A DNA stretch of 57,775 bases, filler included, from Sphacelaria rigidula (GCA_964200075.2; 9 parts of 9 records of this genome joined end to end with filler, not necessarily neighbours in it); one strand, 5' to 3'; numbered from the whole stretch's first letter, positions 25,602 through 38,485 are shown. Numbers and translations: made by a program. The notes: generated from the letters alone by a model not told the origin.

Positions 25602-26936
25602 AAAAAAAAAAAAAAAGGACGCATNNNNNNNNNNNNNNNNNNNNNNNNNNNNNNNNNNNNNNNNNNNNTTAATTAATTAANNNNNNNNNNNNNNNNNNNN
25701 NNNNNNNNNNNNNNNNNNNNNNNNAAGATTGTTCGGCCCGAAGCGTACTGATTATCTTGCGTTTGGATGACAGCCGACAATGAGTTGCTAGTTGCTTTTA
25801 GTCCGAAGGAGGGAGGAGGGACACACTTTCGACTCCCCGCTCCTCCTCGGGACAAGCCAGAGCATGGTCTCAAGAGATCGATCCACCCATATCTCCCCCT
25901 TGTACATACACCGCATAGAACGAGACGTGAAAAGGACGTACCTGTACACGACCCACGTTCTCGGAGGCGAGAGATTACGCGTTCACATTGTTCGATATGC
26001 CCTGGGGGCACATTGATTCAAAAGCAGCACCGACTGTTTAACCAACCGCGCACGAGGGCACACCCGCACAGCACCAACTGTCGAGCCGGAAGTCACGCAA
26101 GGGAAGTATAGTAGTAAATATTTTGTTGGTTGGCCGTTTCGCCGACCACCACCGGCACAAGAGGAGAATAGAAACACTGACCTCAGGGTAGGAAGGGCAG
26201 GGAGGCGTGATGCCGCGGTAGGGGTGTACAAATATTTTCTGAGGTTCGAATGGTCAGGAGACCCCCATCTCGTCCAAAACACGCGACCTATGAAATATGT
26301 GAGTGTACGCCAGGATTACTTTTTCATGTGCTAGGGATTATCCCGAATGGATTTGCAAACGGGGATGCCCTGACCATACTCTTGTGCATCTAGAATCGTT
26401 GGGAGACCCTGAGCCAGACAACATTTTTTGCGCAACACGTGCACCCCTACCGTAGCATTGCTCGGAGGTGGGCGCAGCGTTCATCTGCTGTACCCCAAGC
26501 GCGACAAATCAATTCCCCCACTTCATCCAACTGAATCGTACCTTACTTTTCACCTTCAAAGTGCGGAATATACCTGGAACAGGTAAACCCTCGGGAAATT
26601 TCCCGCATTCTTCTCTACGACCTTGGAGCAGTTTCCTGCATCCTAGACTGGTCGCTGTGCGTGAAATTACATGGTCGATACACGCTGCCATCAACAGCGT
26701 ACCTCCTTGTTTCCTCGAGATGTGTATGGGATGTAGCACTTGCCGAACGCGTGGATGCCCCCCCTTTCCCCCCTACCCCCTCCTCCCCCTCTTCCCCTTC
26801 CGGCGGAAGCTTGTGGAGCGCCCGATCCTTTTGGGGTGTGCTTGTGTACCACCTCCAAGCTGTCGGCTCCCTGAGGTAGGAAAATAGAAAGACAGAAAAA
26901 AAATGAAGAATTGTATCACGCACAAACGTTGTAAAA

Positions 26937-27313
26937 GCCGGTCGCCCCAGTAACTCAGTTGGTAACCTCGATATCTGTTGACAGTTGGGTCGTGGGTTCG
27001 AATCTCGGAGCGAGCTGAGATTTTTTCTCACACAATGCCCAAAAGTGGAGAGCGACCACAGTATGTCGTGGGTACACAAAATTCGACCTTACGGTCGACG
27101 AGGGAAAAGGGGCTGCTGAACCCCTGTCGCGATAAAAAAGGAAAGACAAGCATCGCAGAAGGAAGGTAGAGAACTGAAACGAACAAAAGAGAAAAAAAAA
27201 TCCTGTGTTGGCCTTCCTCTTGAGTGGGCCCCGGCTGGTGCGCCCACATATACCTGAAAGGTGTAGACCGGCGTCCAGAATAGATGGAATGACAACACAC
27301 AACAACACACACA
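26937..27313 (+). mobile_element. Full-length tRNA-derived SINE
   Basis: Head GCCGGTCGCCCC with A-box TAACTCAGTTGG (26951-26962) and B-box GGTTCGAATCT (26995-27005), a conserved body, and an ACAACACAC tail. Confidence 0.85.
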
Positions 27314-27821
27314 ATCGGTGTCATGAACAACAACAACAACAACAACAACAAAAACAACAACAAACAAACAAACAGAATATCGTTGTGAATACGTTTTTGA
27401 AAAAAGAAAAATGCGTTTCACACCGTGAACCACGCGAGATAAAAAAGAAAAAAACACAGCAACTAAGCGGGAAAATCGTCCGATAAATTTTCTCCGGAGC
27501 ATACAACAAAAGTTGAAGAAGGGGCCGGTCACGAGATGTAATAACCAGAGCGCTAACCAGGCATCGCATGAAAGAAAGAAAGTTGAAATTCAGAAACACT
27601 GCCTCAATATTAATATTAGCTACACACATCATCCTCGGAGTCTCGAGCTCGATCACCTAGATTGGCTGCCGCTCAGGTCAGCCCAGGATATCGTACTACG
27701 TCTATGTACAATCTTCCACACGCCGGACCGATCGTGATCCGTGTGAGAAGTACTTCTTCTCAGTGTAACGATGATCCGGATCATGATCCGGATCATTCGG
27801 ACCCTCTTTTTTTCCATGTTT

Positions 27822-28244
27822 AACACGGGATCTTACAAATTGGGGATGGATCTTTTACTGGAGATGAGAAACCCGGAGAATTAACATTTTGTATTCACAC
27901 CAAATCTTCGAAATATGGTTCTGTTTCTTCACCTACTGATAGCTATTGACAACTGCTACACGCCACAGAAATTTGGATTTCGATCACCGAATTGTTGGGG
28001 TCCTAGGTGACAGACCAGTTTCGGAACCATTATGGCGTCCGCAAAATTGGTTTTTCACCTAGGACCCCAACATTTCGGTGATCGAAATCTATATTTCTAT
28101 GGCGTGTAGCAGCTGTCAACAGCTATCAGTAGGTGAAGAAACGGAACCATATTTCGAAGATTTGGTGTGAATACGAAGATGTTAATTCTCCGGGTTTCTC
28201 ATCTCCAATAAAAGATCCACCCCCAATTTGTAAGATCCCGTGTT
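27822..28244. mobile_element. 423-bp foldback MITE
   Basis: ~200-bp arms AACACGGGATCTTACAAATTGGGG.. / ..CCCCAATTTGTAAGATCCCGTGTT, flanked by GTTT on both sides (27818-21, 28245-48). Confidence 0.9.
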
Positions 28245-28509
28245 GTTTGCTCCCTACAGCGCCGGACGCCGAGCACGCCGAGTAGAGCAAAGGTTAAGCT
28301 TTTTGGCTTCTCTGACTCCACCGTCGCATGTTTTTTGTTTTTTTTGGACCAACGGATCCTAGAGTCTTCGTTATTACGTATCATGATCTGTTCGACTTGC
28401 GCAATCTTACGCCTCGTCCAGACCCCGCTCAGTTGAACCCGCCGCCCTTCGATCCCATGCAACGTACCTAAAAAACCGTTCATATTCGCTTCCACCCAAG
28501 TGTACGTAA

Positions 28510-28779
28510 AACGCTTTCTACGGTACCCCCCCCCCCAAAAAAAGTGCCTGGTTTGGGAAGGAAAAAATCTTGACGTGAATCGAAGTGGAAAACGCCGAGC
28601 ACAACGAGCAGCTGGGAATTCCCATGCTTGGGTTCGCTCTCGCCAATGTCTCTCATATGAGGCGCTTCATGCACAGCCTGAATCCAAGCATCAGGCGCTG
28701 TATGTTCATATTTTTCGTGACACTTTTGGGCTGGTTTTTGTTTGGGAGGAGGGGGGGGGGGGCTATCGTAGAAATTGTC
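28510..28779. mobile_element. MITE, TIR consensus GACACTTTCTACGATAGCCCC
   Basis: Inverted ends with GTAA duplicated (28506-09, 28780-83); related copies at 30827-31254 and ~44509-44625. Confidence 0.7.
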
Positions 28780-28877
28780 GTAAGTACGTCCTACGACGGA
28801 AATCAGGGGACATTTCTGTTGGCCAGCCTTTTGTTCAACCGCGACCAAGAGAGTCAAAAGGCACAACCACAAGCGCG

Positions 28878-29226
28878 ATTGATTCGTTGATTGATTGGTT
28901 GATTAGTTGGTTAGTTGGTCGGTTGGTTGGTTGGTTGGTTGATTGGTTGGTTGATTGGTTGGTTGGTTGGTTGGCTGGTTGGTCGGTTGGTCGGTTGGTT
29001 GATCGGTTGATCGGTTGGCTGGTTGGTTGGCTGATTGGTTGGTTGGTTGGTTGGTTGGTTGGTCGGTTGGTTGGTTGGTCGGTTGGTTGGTCGGTTGGTT
29101 GATCGGTTGGTTGGTTGGTTAATAGATTGGTTAATAGTTTGGTTAATAGGTTGGTTGGTTGGTTGGTTGGTTGATCGATCGATTGATTGGGTAATTGGTT
29201 GGTAGGTTGGTTGATTGATTGATTGG

Positions 29227-29271
<45 letters not shown>
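28878..29271. repeat. (TGGT)n/(TGAT)n compound microsatellite
   Basis: Visible tetranucleotide array. Confidence 0.97.
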
Positions 29272-30242
29272 GTTTCAGTTTCTTTTTCTCTAGGGTTCTT
29301 CCTTTCATCATGCCCACAAAGGTGTGAGGGCCCTTCTTAACGAAGGGTAGTACACCACAGCTTTCCCAGTTTCCCGAATGAACCCGGTATAGGGGCCATT
29401 CTTAACAAAGGGGATTATCTCCTTTTGCACAATTTCTTTTTGACAGGGGATTGGCCCCATAACGACCAGTCCCGAGTCCTTTCGACAAGCAGTTTTGTAC
29501 AGATTGCAACCCAGATCTGCACGCATTTTGAGGGATGCGGCAGGTCTGGAAGTGGTCGTTAGTCCAAGCAGGCCCAAGGTCTGTGTAATGATGCAGACAA
29601 TGCACAACAAGGCAACACAACACCTACACACCCAGCCCCGAAAAAACACGCACAGGCACCCACCACTCACGTGCATTAGTTTCATTGCTAGCCCTTGCTA
29701 ATCTTCACATGACAGTCTTTGTTTGACGGAAACCCGCTCTGTATTGGACGAATGGCGGCCGCATGCGTGTAAAAAACAACCGAAAACGTGTCGTTGCTGA
29801 CCGTTTTGTAAGCGTGTGCTGCGCGCGCGTCTCACACTAATCATCATTTCTCAATGAATTCTGAACAGATTTGAGCAAGGCCACGTACAACATGCACAGC
29901 TGATGAGCAGCTAGGGCTCGAGCTTTGTATTTTTGGTTTGCGAGGCCACCAAGTTCCCCAGGTTCAGCTCTGAGTGTGTTGGGCTGTGTGGTAAGCGTTC
30001 CCATGTGCCCCTGTCAACCGGACACATGTTCCCCTTCGAGGTGTCCGGAAATCCCGTTTTAAAAAAGGGGATTTCACGAAGAATTTTTGCACTTCCTGGA
30101 ATCCCCTCTCCAGAGGGGATTTTGCGCGCGGGGTGTGTGTGTGTATGTGTGTTGTATCGCAGCGACCAATCACCGGTCGTTTTGAAAAAAGTGATTACCC
30201 CCCTTCGTTAAAAAGGGCCCCTAGCGACTACCCTGTGAGTAT

Positions 30243-30497
30243 AACAAGTTTGACATCACGGTCGACGAGGGAAGGAGACCGCTGAAAAAAGCCCTTCTCG
30301 CCATAAAAAGGGGAGGCATGCAAACGCAGAAGGAAGGCGGAGTACTAAAAAAAAACAACGAGAACAAAAAAAAGAAGCTTGTGTTGATCTCCCTCCTATG
30401 TGACCCCTCGGCTGATGCGCCCACATGTACCAAATAGTTTAGACTGGCGTAAGGAATATATGAGATGAGAGAACAACACACAACACACACACACATT
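30243..30497 (+). mobile_element. 5'-truncated SINE copy
   Basis: ACGGTCGACGAGGGAA...GCGCCCACAT...ACAACACACAC matches the SINE body and tail. Confidence 0.75.
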
Positions 30498-33488
30498 TCC
30501 GAGAGATGGCTATCCCTTGCCTGAACAAAAGTGAACTTCATGACGCCCCCACGCGCGGCGAGGACGCCAACACTCCAGTCCACCAGCAAAGTGCGCCCCT
30601 GGCCCGCCGCGTTGCCAATCGCACACAAGATTGCCTCGAGGGCGTATTTCGCGCGAACCGGCGGTAATCCTGTGCCTTTTCCCAGAGCCTCCTTCGAAAA
30701 GGTAGCCTTGCCACCGTAGCATAGTATAGCGGGATTGGTTCATGGGGTGTGAAGCGATAGAAGTGGAATAAATTTGTGTGATGTTGTATGCCGAGGCTTC
30801 AACACACGCACTACTACTGCACCGACGACACTTTCTACGATAGCCACCCGCCCCCCCAAAAAGTGCCTGGTTTGGGGGGGGCAAAATCTTCACGTAAATC
30901 GTTTTGATAAAAAAAGCCGGGCAAAACGAGCAGCTGGGAATTCTCACGCTTGGGTTCGTCCTCGCCAATATCGCCCATATGAGGCGCTTCATGCATGCAG
31001 CCTGAACCCAAACATCAGGCGCTGTATGACCACTCTTTTCGTGACACTTTTGGGCTATTTTTCAACCCTTAGACCGCGAGGTTAGTATTTCTGGATCATG
31101 CATACTTTGTTCAAGTGAAATTGATGCCGATTCAACAGGTGACCTACTCTCGCTGTCCAAGGGTTAAGGGGGGGGTGTACTCATGATCATGCATGCCATA
31201 GTCATAAGACCTTTTTTTTTGGGGGGGGGGGAGGGGGCTATCGCAGAAAGTGTCCGCTGGAATATTCAACGGACCCGCAAACGTGTTCAGAGAGGGGGGC
31301 GTTGGGCGGTATAAAACGTGTGGCTGGGATTTAGCGCCCACGGCTACCTTCTTCTTGAGTCACAGAGTGCAAAACCAATGGCCTACACGCATCACCACGT
31401 GTTCCTTCTCTGCGAGAGGAAGCAGGCTCGGCAAACGAATACTGCAACAAGACTTGCACATAGATGAAACGATCCCGACTCCAATATTGATACTAACGCA
31501 ATCGGTTTTGCTCGAGGAAGCCACGCCCACAAGAGAGGACAACATGAGCAACGAACACCGGAGAGCCAAATGGATCGCGGAACAGAGCAGTTTGAGTTGT
31601 GGAACCAGCGAGCAGATGCGTGGCGTAGCAGAAACGAACACGCACACAAAAGCGAAAAAGTGAGCAAATCTCTACACGATATAGCGATTGTTTTGGCGGT
31701 GAATGGTTTGTGCTTGCGGTGAGGGTAGCTAGTGTATATATTCATTTTTTATAAGATAGTTCGTTCGTGTCAAGTGTATAATCTGCCAAGTTCGGTGGGT
31801 TTTGCGAAGCACATCATGTATTCTTTTTTTCGGCGTATTGAGAAAAACAAGAACTCAAGTGGTATGTTCGAGTACGAAACAGCGCTTTTTCCAACCCATC
31901 TTGTGAGTTTCAGACATAAACATGACCAAAGTTGTGCTCACGACAACAGAAAACTAAAGCGGTTACCTCGTTTACCCCGGGGGGGGGGGGGGGGAAGGCG
32001 AATTTTGACTGCCGTGGTCATTGGACAATATACCCGCATTCGCGAAAACGCGAGANNNNNNNNNNNNNNNNNNNNNNNNNNNNNNNNNNNNNNNNNNNNT
32101 TAATTAATTAANNNNNNNNNNNNNNNNNNNNNNNNNNNNNNNNNNNNNNNNNNNNTCACTAATTGACCGCTTTTCACTCTCAATCGTATAATCTACTCTC
32201 AATCTCACGAAAACACCGTTAGGTTTGATGTGTTTTACATCCAGATGCGTACGTATTTCAAGGACGAAGATTGCTATGAGGCGTTGTCAGCTGACAACCC
32301 CATCAGAATACATCGTGAAAACGATGAAGATTTGAGGGCACAATCCGGTGACGTAGTTGTCGATGAAGCTGAAAGGGCCATGAAGATCATCCTCGATAAG
32401 GTCACTTGTCCCCCCTTAGAAAGGCATATCGATATGCTTGTGAACCCGAGTCAAGCATGGGATTACATAGTCAAATACTGCGGGATTCCAGCAGCCACAA
32501 AGAAAACCAAGTTGGAGTACGAGTGGCAAATGTTACAGATGGCTGACGGTGAATCAGCAATGAATTTTCTCTCGCGGGCACAGTTCATTCGCGCGAAACG
32601 CGCAAAATTCATTGTAGTTCTCTCGGACTCGGAGGCGAACAGACATATTGTTAGATGTCATTCGTCAGAATACGAGCACGAGCGTAGGACTTTATTGCCA
32701 AAACGTGAGATTAGCACAGAGGAGGTCAACCACCATCTTGAGAACGCTTATGCCGAAGCACAATTGTCAAGAGAAAGGCAAAAGACAACCTTGAACCATG
32801 CACTTTCCGCTACTAGTACTAACGGAGGAAGGGGTCATGGTTCACCAGGCAGAACGCAGAACGGGGGGGGGACGAAGATCCCACAATGCCCAACATCAAT
32901 ACAACTACCATAACTTCCCTCCAAACCGCACCAATCCCCACAGCAATCTAGTTCCTATTCTCATCATGGCCCACAGCAACACTTCAGTGGTGGTCATGGT
33001 GGTCGAGGGGGGTGGTATTCCCCGAGACAACATCAACAATGGCGACCACACAGTCCGTGGAACCGGTCGAGACCGGGCTGTGGTATGGTACACCAACCCA
33101 ATCAACGAACATACCAGATTCGTTGTCCATTCAACTGCCCTAACTACCCTCCTCGCCAGCACCACCCCCACCAACCAAGAAACACAGGCCCAGATAACCA
33201 CCGTTTTTTAGGTATTCAAGGATCAACACACCACCAACAATAATCCAACCACACATCATCACAATCCCTTAACCCGCATTCATAACATCAAATCCACAGC
33301 CATCCACCACGAGCCAACACCGTTCAGCAGACTTGTGTCGCCCACCAGCATCATGAGAGCACTGATAACTTTGTCTATGAGGACGATGCTTTCAACGATG
33401 CCGGTTTTGCCCACACCGTACAGTATCATACCTCTCAACATCAACTGCAGTCGCAACCTACCACCATCATCGAACATCTCCCCTGCTA

Positions 33489-34039
33489 CAGTAGTGGGCG
33501 GTCCAACTATATAGGGGTGTTTTGGGATTTTCCTAGAGTACTACTCTTTGATAGAAGCCGAAATTGCTAGCGTCGGTAGATTTTGGTACGACACAACAGA
33601 TCATCCTCAAAACACAGCCCCCAAGTCAGTGTATGTTGCTGTTATCGGGCGAAACGAGTAAATACCCCGTTTATCAGGAGGGTGTCATTGACAGTGAAAC
33701 ACAGTTTTTCGGCCCTAGTGCAATGAGTGGGCAGAATTTTAAAAAAATGAAACTTTACATTTCTTTTAAAATTTGATCAGGACGGGCTCGATCGACGGAA
33801 AATACAGAAGAGTAAGAATCTGGGCTGAAACGCGGCAGGACCCCAGATGACCAGTCAGCCCGTAAGTCACTCAATATTGAGTGCAGATGATTTTTTCTTC
33901 TTGGAATGTGAGGCGGATACAAATATCTTCAGATCCCCGATGTGATAAGCGGTGGCAAGCAAAAATAGCCCAAGAAAATCGCCAATCACGAAAAAATCAC
34001 AAAATGCCACAAAATGAATAGTTAGACCGACCACTACTG
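33489..34039. mobile_element. Tc1/mariner-type MITE inserted in the copia linker
   Basis: TIR CAGTAGTGG(G/T)CGGTC(C/T)AACTAT at both ends; TA TSD at 33487-88 and 34040-41. Confidence 0.88.
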
Positions 34040-34932
34040 TACACATCACCCCCATCATCCTATTATCACACACCACCTGACAAGTACCAGACAACTGTCT
34101 GTATCATTCCTCCGCTGCACCACCACCATTTCATCCACCACCACCTTCACAACACAACCGATCCCAACACCATTCCTCACCGACCGAACCACCGACATAT
34201 CACCCATCACCGACTCCACCGCCCGATCAATCCCATTATGGTTCTTCCTCCGCTGCGCAACCACCGCCATACTCTTCACTCTACTAGGAGTCACACGATC
34301 CGCATTCCCATCTGGTAAACCCCCATTCAACGTCAACTGCCGAGCTGCCGTATGCTGATAACCCTGGTGGTAGTACAGTATGTATGTACATGGCACCTTC
34401 TGCCTCACCAGAAAAGTCAGTTTTCAGTTTGGGTAATTTCGATGTGAAAGATAGGATGTTGCATCAGACGAAATCTCCGCCTGTTCCTGATTCAGAACTA
34501 TGGACTGCAGACTCAGGTACATCGCACCACACCACAGGTAGCATGACCGACGTTTTCGATACTCGTCCTCCACCAGTGGGGAAAGAAAATATTGTTCTAG
34601 GGAATGGTAAAGTGCTACCGATCAAAGCAGTCGGGAGTCTCAAATTAAGATCTCATCAATCATGTGACGACAAATCCCTACTTACTGAAGAGACTACTGT
34701 ACTGCTCACGGACGTTCATGTATTGGAAGGGATTCAGTTTAATGTATTCTCTGTTCACCGAGCGCAAAAGAGCCAACAAGTAATTTGCGATGAAAAAAAG
34801 TGTAAACCTGTTCGACGGCAAGCTACGTTTCGACTACAATGACCGTTCATCATCACAATTTCCCACACGCCTGCCATCGACCTACGGACAGATTTATCAG
34901 TGACTCCTGTTGTCGCCACTGAGAGTGATACG

Positions 34933-35256
34933 GCATCCATCCCACAGCGAGCTAGTGCCGGTGAGTTTCTCCCAGATTCTACTTTTGTTCAACAGCGAAT
35001 GAGTGTCGGTACGATTCCCCCAGACTCTGCTTCCATTCCACAGGGAGTGGGCGCCAGTAAGATTCCCCAGGATTTTGTTTCTCCTCCACAGCGAATGAAT
35101 GCCAGTAAGATTCCCCCGGCTTTTGCTTCTGCTCCACAACGAGCCAGTGTCCGTAAGTTCCCCCCGGATTCTGCTTCTGTTCAACAGCGAATGAGTATAG
35201 GTACGATTCCCCAAGATCCTAATTCTGTTCCACAGCCTGTGAGTGTTGACAAAATT
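34933..35256 (+). repeat. In-frame 48-bp (16-aa) tandem repeat, ~7 units
   Basis: ASIPQRASAGEFLPDS / TFVQQRMSVGTIPPDS / ASIPQGVGASKIPQDF / VSPPQRMNASKIPPAF / ASAPQRASVRKFPPDS / ASVQQRMSIGTIPQDP / partial unit. Confidence 0.92.
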
Positions 35257-37408
35257 TTCAGCAAATATTCTTGTACTCGGTTTTCAAGTGCTGGGGATTT
35301 GAGTGAGGGGGAGAGAAGGAACCTGGCACTGGCACCCAACCGACGACCCTCCACGGACGGCCAACCACAGCGAGAAATGGACAACACCAAAAGCGTCGCG
35401 TGGACGGTGACTCGTCAGTCATTTCCCACAGCGGTGTCGCTCGACGGCGGGTGCACTCATGATCATGGATGCCATGGTCATAAGACCATTGACGGGAACG
35501 GGGGGAAAGCAACATTGATCGCGTCGCCAACGCCGCCGACATACCGACACTACCGTCACCTTTCCCCGTTGCCGCATCACCGTGCTTACCACCTGATACC
35601 ACAGCTGCACTTCATATTTCCGCTCCAGCAGTCCCGCGGTTGCACCACACATGATAACCTTCTTCATTCCCAGTCCCTTTATCATCGCCGACAACACCAC
35701 AGTCGCCACAACTACCGCCTACTCTGCCAACAACATCGCCAACAGCTTAAGAACAACCGCTGCCGCTGCCGTTAACACCCACTCCGTCGGCGAACATCTT
35801 TTCACGCATGGCGCGGTGCCGGTCAAATTGAGCAGGGGGACGCGTAGGAATCCCCATTTGGTGGAGTACGGACTGCAAAGGAGGCAAGGGGGGCACTAGA
35901 ATGACATGGAAATACGGAGAAGCAAATCGATTGGAAAATGGAGAACATAGATGGATTCGAGGCTTTTGACCAAAGGAGAAACGCAGAGGCCGGAGACAGA
36001 TGTTGACATCTCCAGCTTATCAGTAGGTTTATTCTTTGCATGATTTTGTTTGAGGTTTTACACCTATCGGTGATGAATGAGGATGCATTCATGCGACTAC
36101 CGCCTGGGAGTGGTAATTTATTTGATAATACATCAGACTTACAGTAGTGATGATTGGCGCGCTTCACTGGGCATTTCAAGATTTGTTAAGGATCATTTTG
36201 CGTAGAAAAACTGGCGCGGGTTTAGAATGTTTGAACATTTAGGCTCAAGACTTTTTTTTCACGTAAAAATCTCGACCAGACCATTTTAAACTATATCGTA
36301 GTTCAGTTCGAGCTTGATCGTGTTAACCTCAGTTTTGAATATCACCGAAATGCTAACGTAGCTTGATTTGTTTCTTCGTCTGCATTTAGTTTGTGGAGTG
36401 AATGCAAATGTTTTCAAAGAAGCACTATGGCCACGAAAGCCAGGGGGCCGGAGGATTTCAAAATGTGAACCCTTTTTGATTTGAGATATACATGGAATAT
36501 ATTCCCGTGAAGGGGAAAGTGATCTAGGTTCAGGGGGGCGTCAAATGTTGGAGGTATTGTTACAGATTTATTGATCATTTTCCAGTCGACTAGGTTCCAT
36601 GTGTCATACGTTGTCATGCTTGGTACCTGATGGGTCATACTACATTGAGTGGTGGAACCTGGCTGTCTGCCCTCATGTGTCACAACGTTTTGGACTAACA
36701 TCTCAACTAGCAAAGCAGCAGTGAGCCTGTTCGCCGATAATACAAGAGCACCTGCGTCATCACGGACTGCGACATCAGAGGGGTCTCTGATCTTTTCACA
36801 ATGAAAGCCTGACCTCCATGCAACATTTGTTGTTCTGGCGTCGGAGCGGCTCACGGGTATGCCGCCCGACGCCACGAACGTGGGTTGACTCCGCACTTGG
36901 TAAAGTCGAGCTCGACGGATCTATACACTTGGTTGTGTCTAGGCGCGACGACCCAGGTGCCCAGGAGCTGGCACTTTACACCCCCAGACGGTAAGTATCG
37001 AACCGTGACATGGTGACCAATCCGAGAATCGAAGTCGGGTTTCCACAGCCACAATGTGGTGTACTGTTTGTCTAGAAGCGTAGCATTCCAGTCGCCCCGC
37101 TCACCGATATTCTAAACAAGTAGGAAAGTCAACAATATTGCTACACGATGTAGGTAACCGCGCGCTCTCCTTCTGCTGTCAAACCTATGTGCCTTACAAC
37201 TGCAGCAAGGCTTCACTACCACAATCCGGTCGTTCCATAATGGCTCAGCTAGGATACGGCATACGAACTAGAGACTCGCCCAACAAACATCAATGTATAA
37301 CTCATGCGTGTGAGGTCATGTTTCTTGTCATTTCTGTGCTTTGTCTCCGTGTATTCCTTTAAGGCCCTAGACCGAAAAGGGTTCTACTGGACCGAAATTC
37401 AAAAAGTG

Positions 37409-37466
37409 TCCTATCCTATCCTATCCCATCCTGTCCTGTCCTATCCTGTCCCATCCTAATCCTATC
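37409..37466. repeat. (TCCTA/TCCTG)n pentanucleotide microsatellite
   Basis: Visible array. Confidence 0.85.
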
Positions 37467-38104
37467 GGTCCGGTCTCACAATGAAGGCCAGAACCACGCA
37501 TTTGTTTTTCTCGAATGGATTCGAAGACGCGCTGCGCGAAAAAGCCATCCCATCGCTCTTCTAACACCAATCGAGACGCCCTCAACAAGTTTCAGCTTCA
37601 TTGGTGCTCATGGCGTTGTGTTTGGTTTCTGTCTGTGAGCGGTCTTAAGAACAGCCCAACTCGACCCCTTTTGACCAGCGCTGGTCTTGATTCAACTTCT
37701 CAGACTTGACTGTCGCAACTTCAAACGAGGCACTTTTGGAGGTTGGAGGCATCACACGCAGCAACCGGCGCTGTGAATCACTTAAAAACTGAGGAGGTTC
37801 AGCTTCATTGCTGCTTTCTTCTTTGTCTTCTCTTATGCATGCCGACGCCGTCCGTGGCTGAGATGGGAGGGGGTGGTAAAGTACGTGATCTGATTGATTC
37901 GAACTACTCCCCGTGTGTCGACTGTCAACAAACGGTGAACATGCGGGAGCTTCTGGTCGCAACGTCCGCGGGCGGTGGAGACGTATCTCGGCTTCCACGG
38001 TGACAAATGGAGACTGTACAGGTGCGACCTTGTACTGCTGAACTGTCTGTGCTTGCAGAGCTGCGCTTCGCACGGGGTTTGACAAGCGGATAAGTGTTGA
38101 CGCC

Positions 38105-38485
38105 GTATCCTGGTGCGCCTTCATTTTTTATAGCGAGAGGGATTCAGCAGTCCCACTCCCTCGTCGACCGTAGAGTCGAATTTTGTGTACCCACGACATA
38201 GTCGCTCTCCACTGTAATATGGACTTGTATCTCCTCGAGAAAAGAGGCGTCCCTATATCCTCACTCACCACGCCAAAACGTTCATATGTGGGCGCATCAG
38301 CCGGGGTTACACAAGTGGAAAGTCAACGTAGGAGTTTTTTTGTTTTTTTAGTACTCCACCTTCCTTCTGTGGCGCTTGCCTTAATTTTTCATCGCGAGAG
38401 GGGTTCAGCACTCCCTTTCCCTCGTCGACCGTAGTGTCGAATTTTGTGTACCCACGACATGGTCGCTCTCCCCTGCAGTATGGAC
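38105..38485 (-). mobile_element. Two partial tandem SINE copies
   Basis: CCCTCGTCGACCGTAG.GTCGAATTTTGTGTACCCACGACAT occurs twice (~38158 and ~38419). Confidence 0.8.

Larger units (their letters stand above)
32222..35400 (+). mobile_element. Degenerate Ty1/copia element: gag, Pro/His-rich linker, aspartic protease, 16-aa repeat region
   Basis: Gag-like SQAWDYIV..KLEYEWQMLQMADGESAMNFLSRA; copia protease WTADSGTSHHTTG..IVLGNGKVLPIKAVG..LTDVHVLEGIQFNVFSV (34384-34800). Frameshifted; no integrase is recognisable downstream. Confidence 0.85.

Noticed and set aside
26937..27015. Functional tRNA gene
   Set aside because: Has A/B boxes but no convincing cloverleaf, and it is fused to a repeated SINE body.
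28500..29317. 200-aa and 160-aa ORFs (WLVG/NQPT repeats)
   Set aside because: Translations of the TGGT/TGAT microsatellite and the adjacent MITE.
29308..29580. Possible terminal exon (TLGLLG...LTPLWA)
   Set aside because: An acceptor-like CAG is present, but there is no recognisable domain or partner exon.
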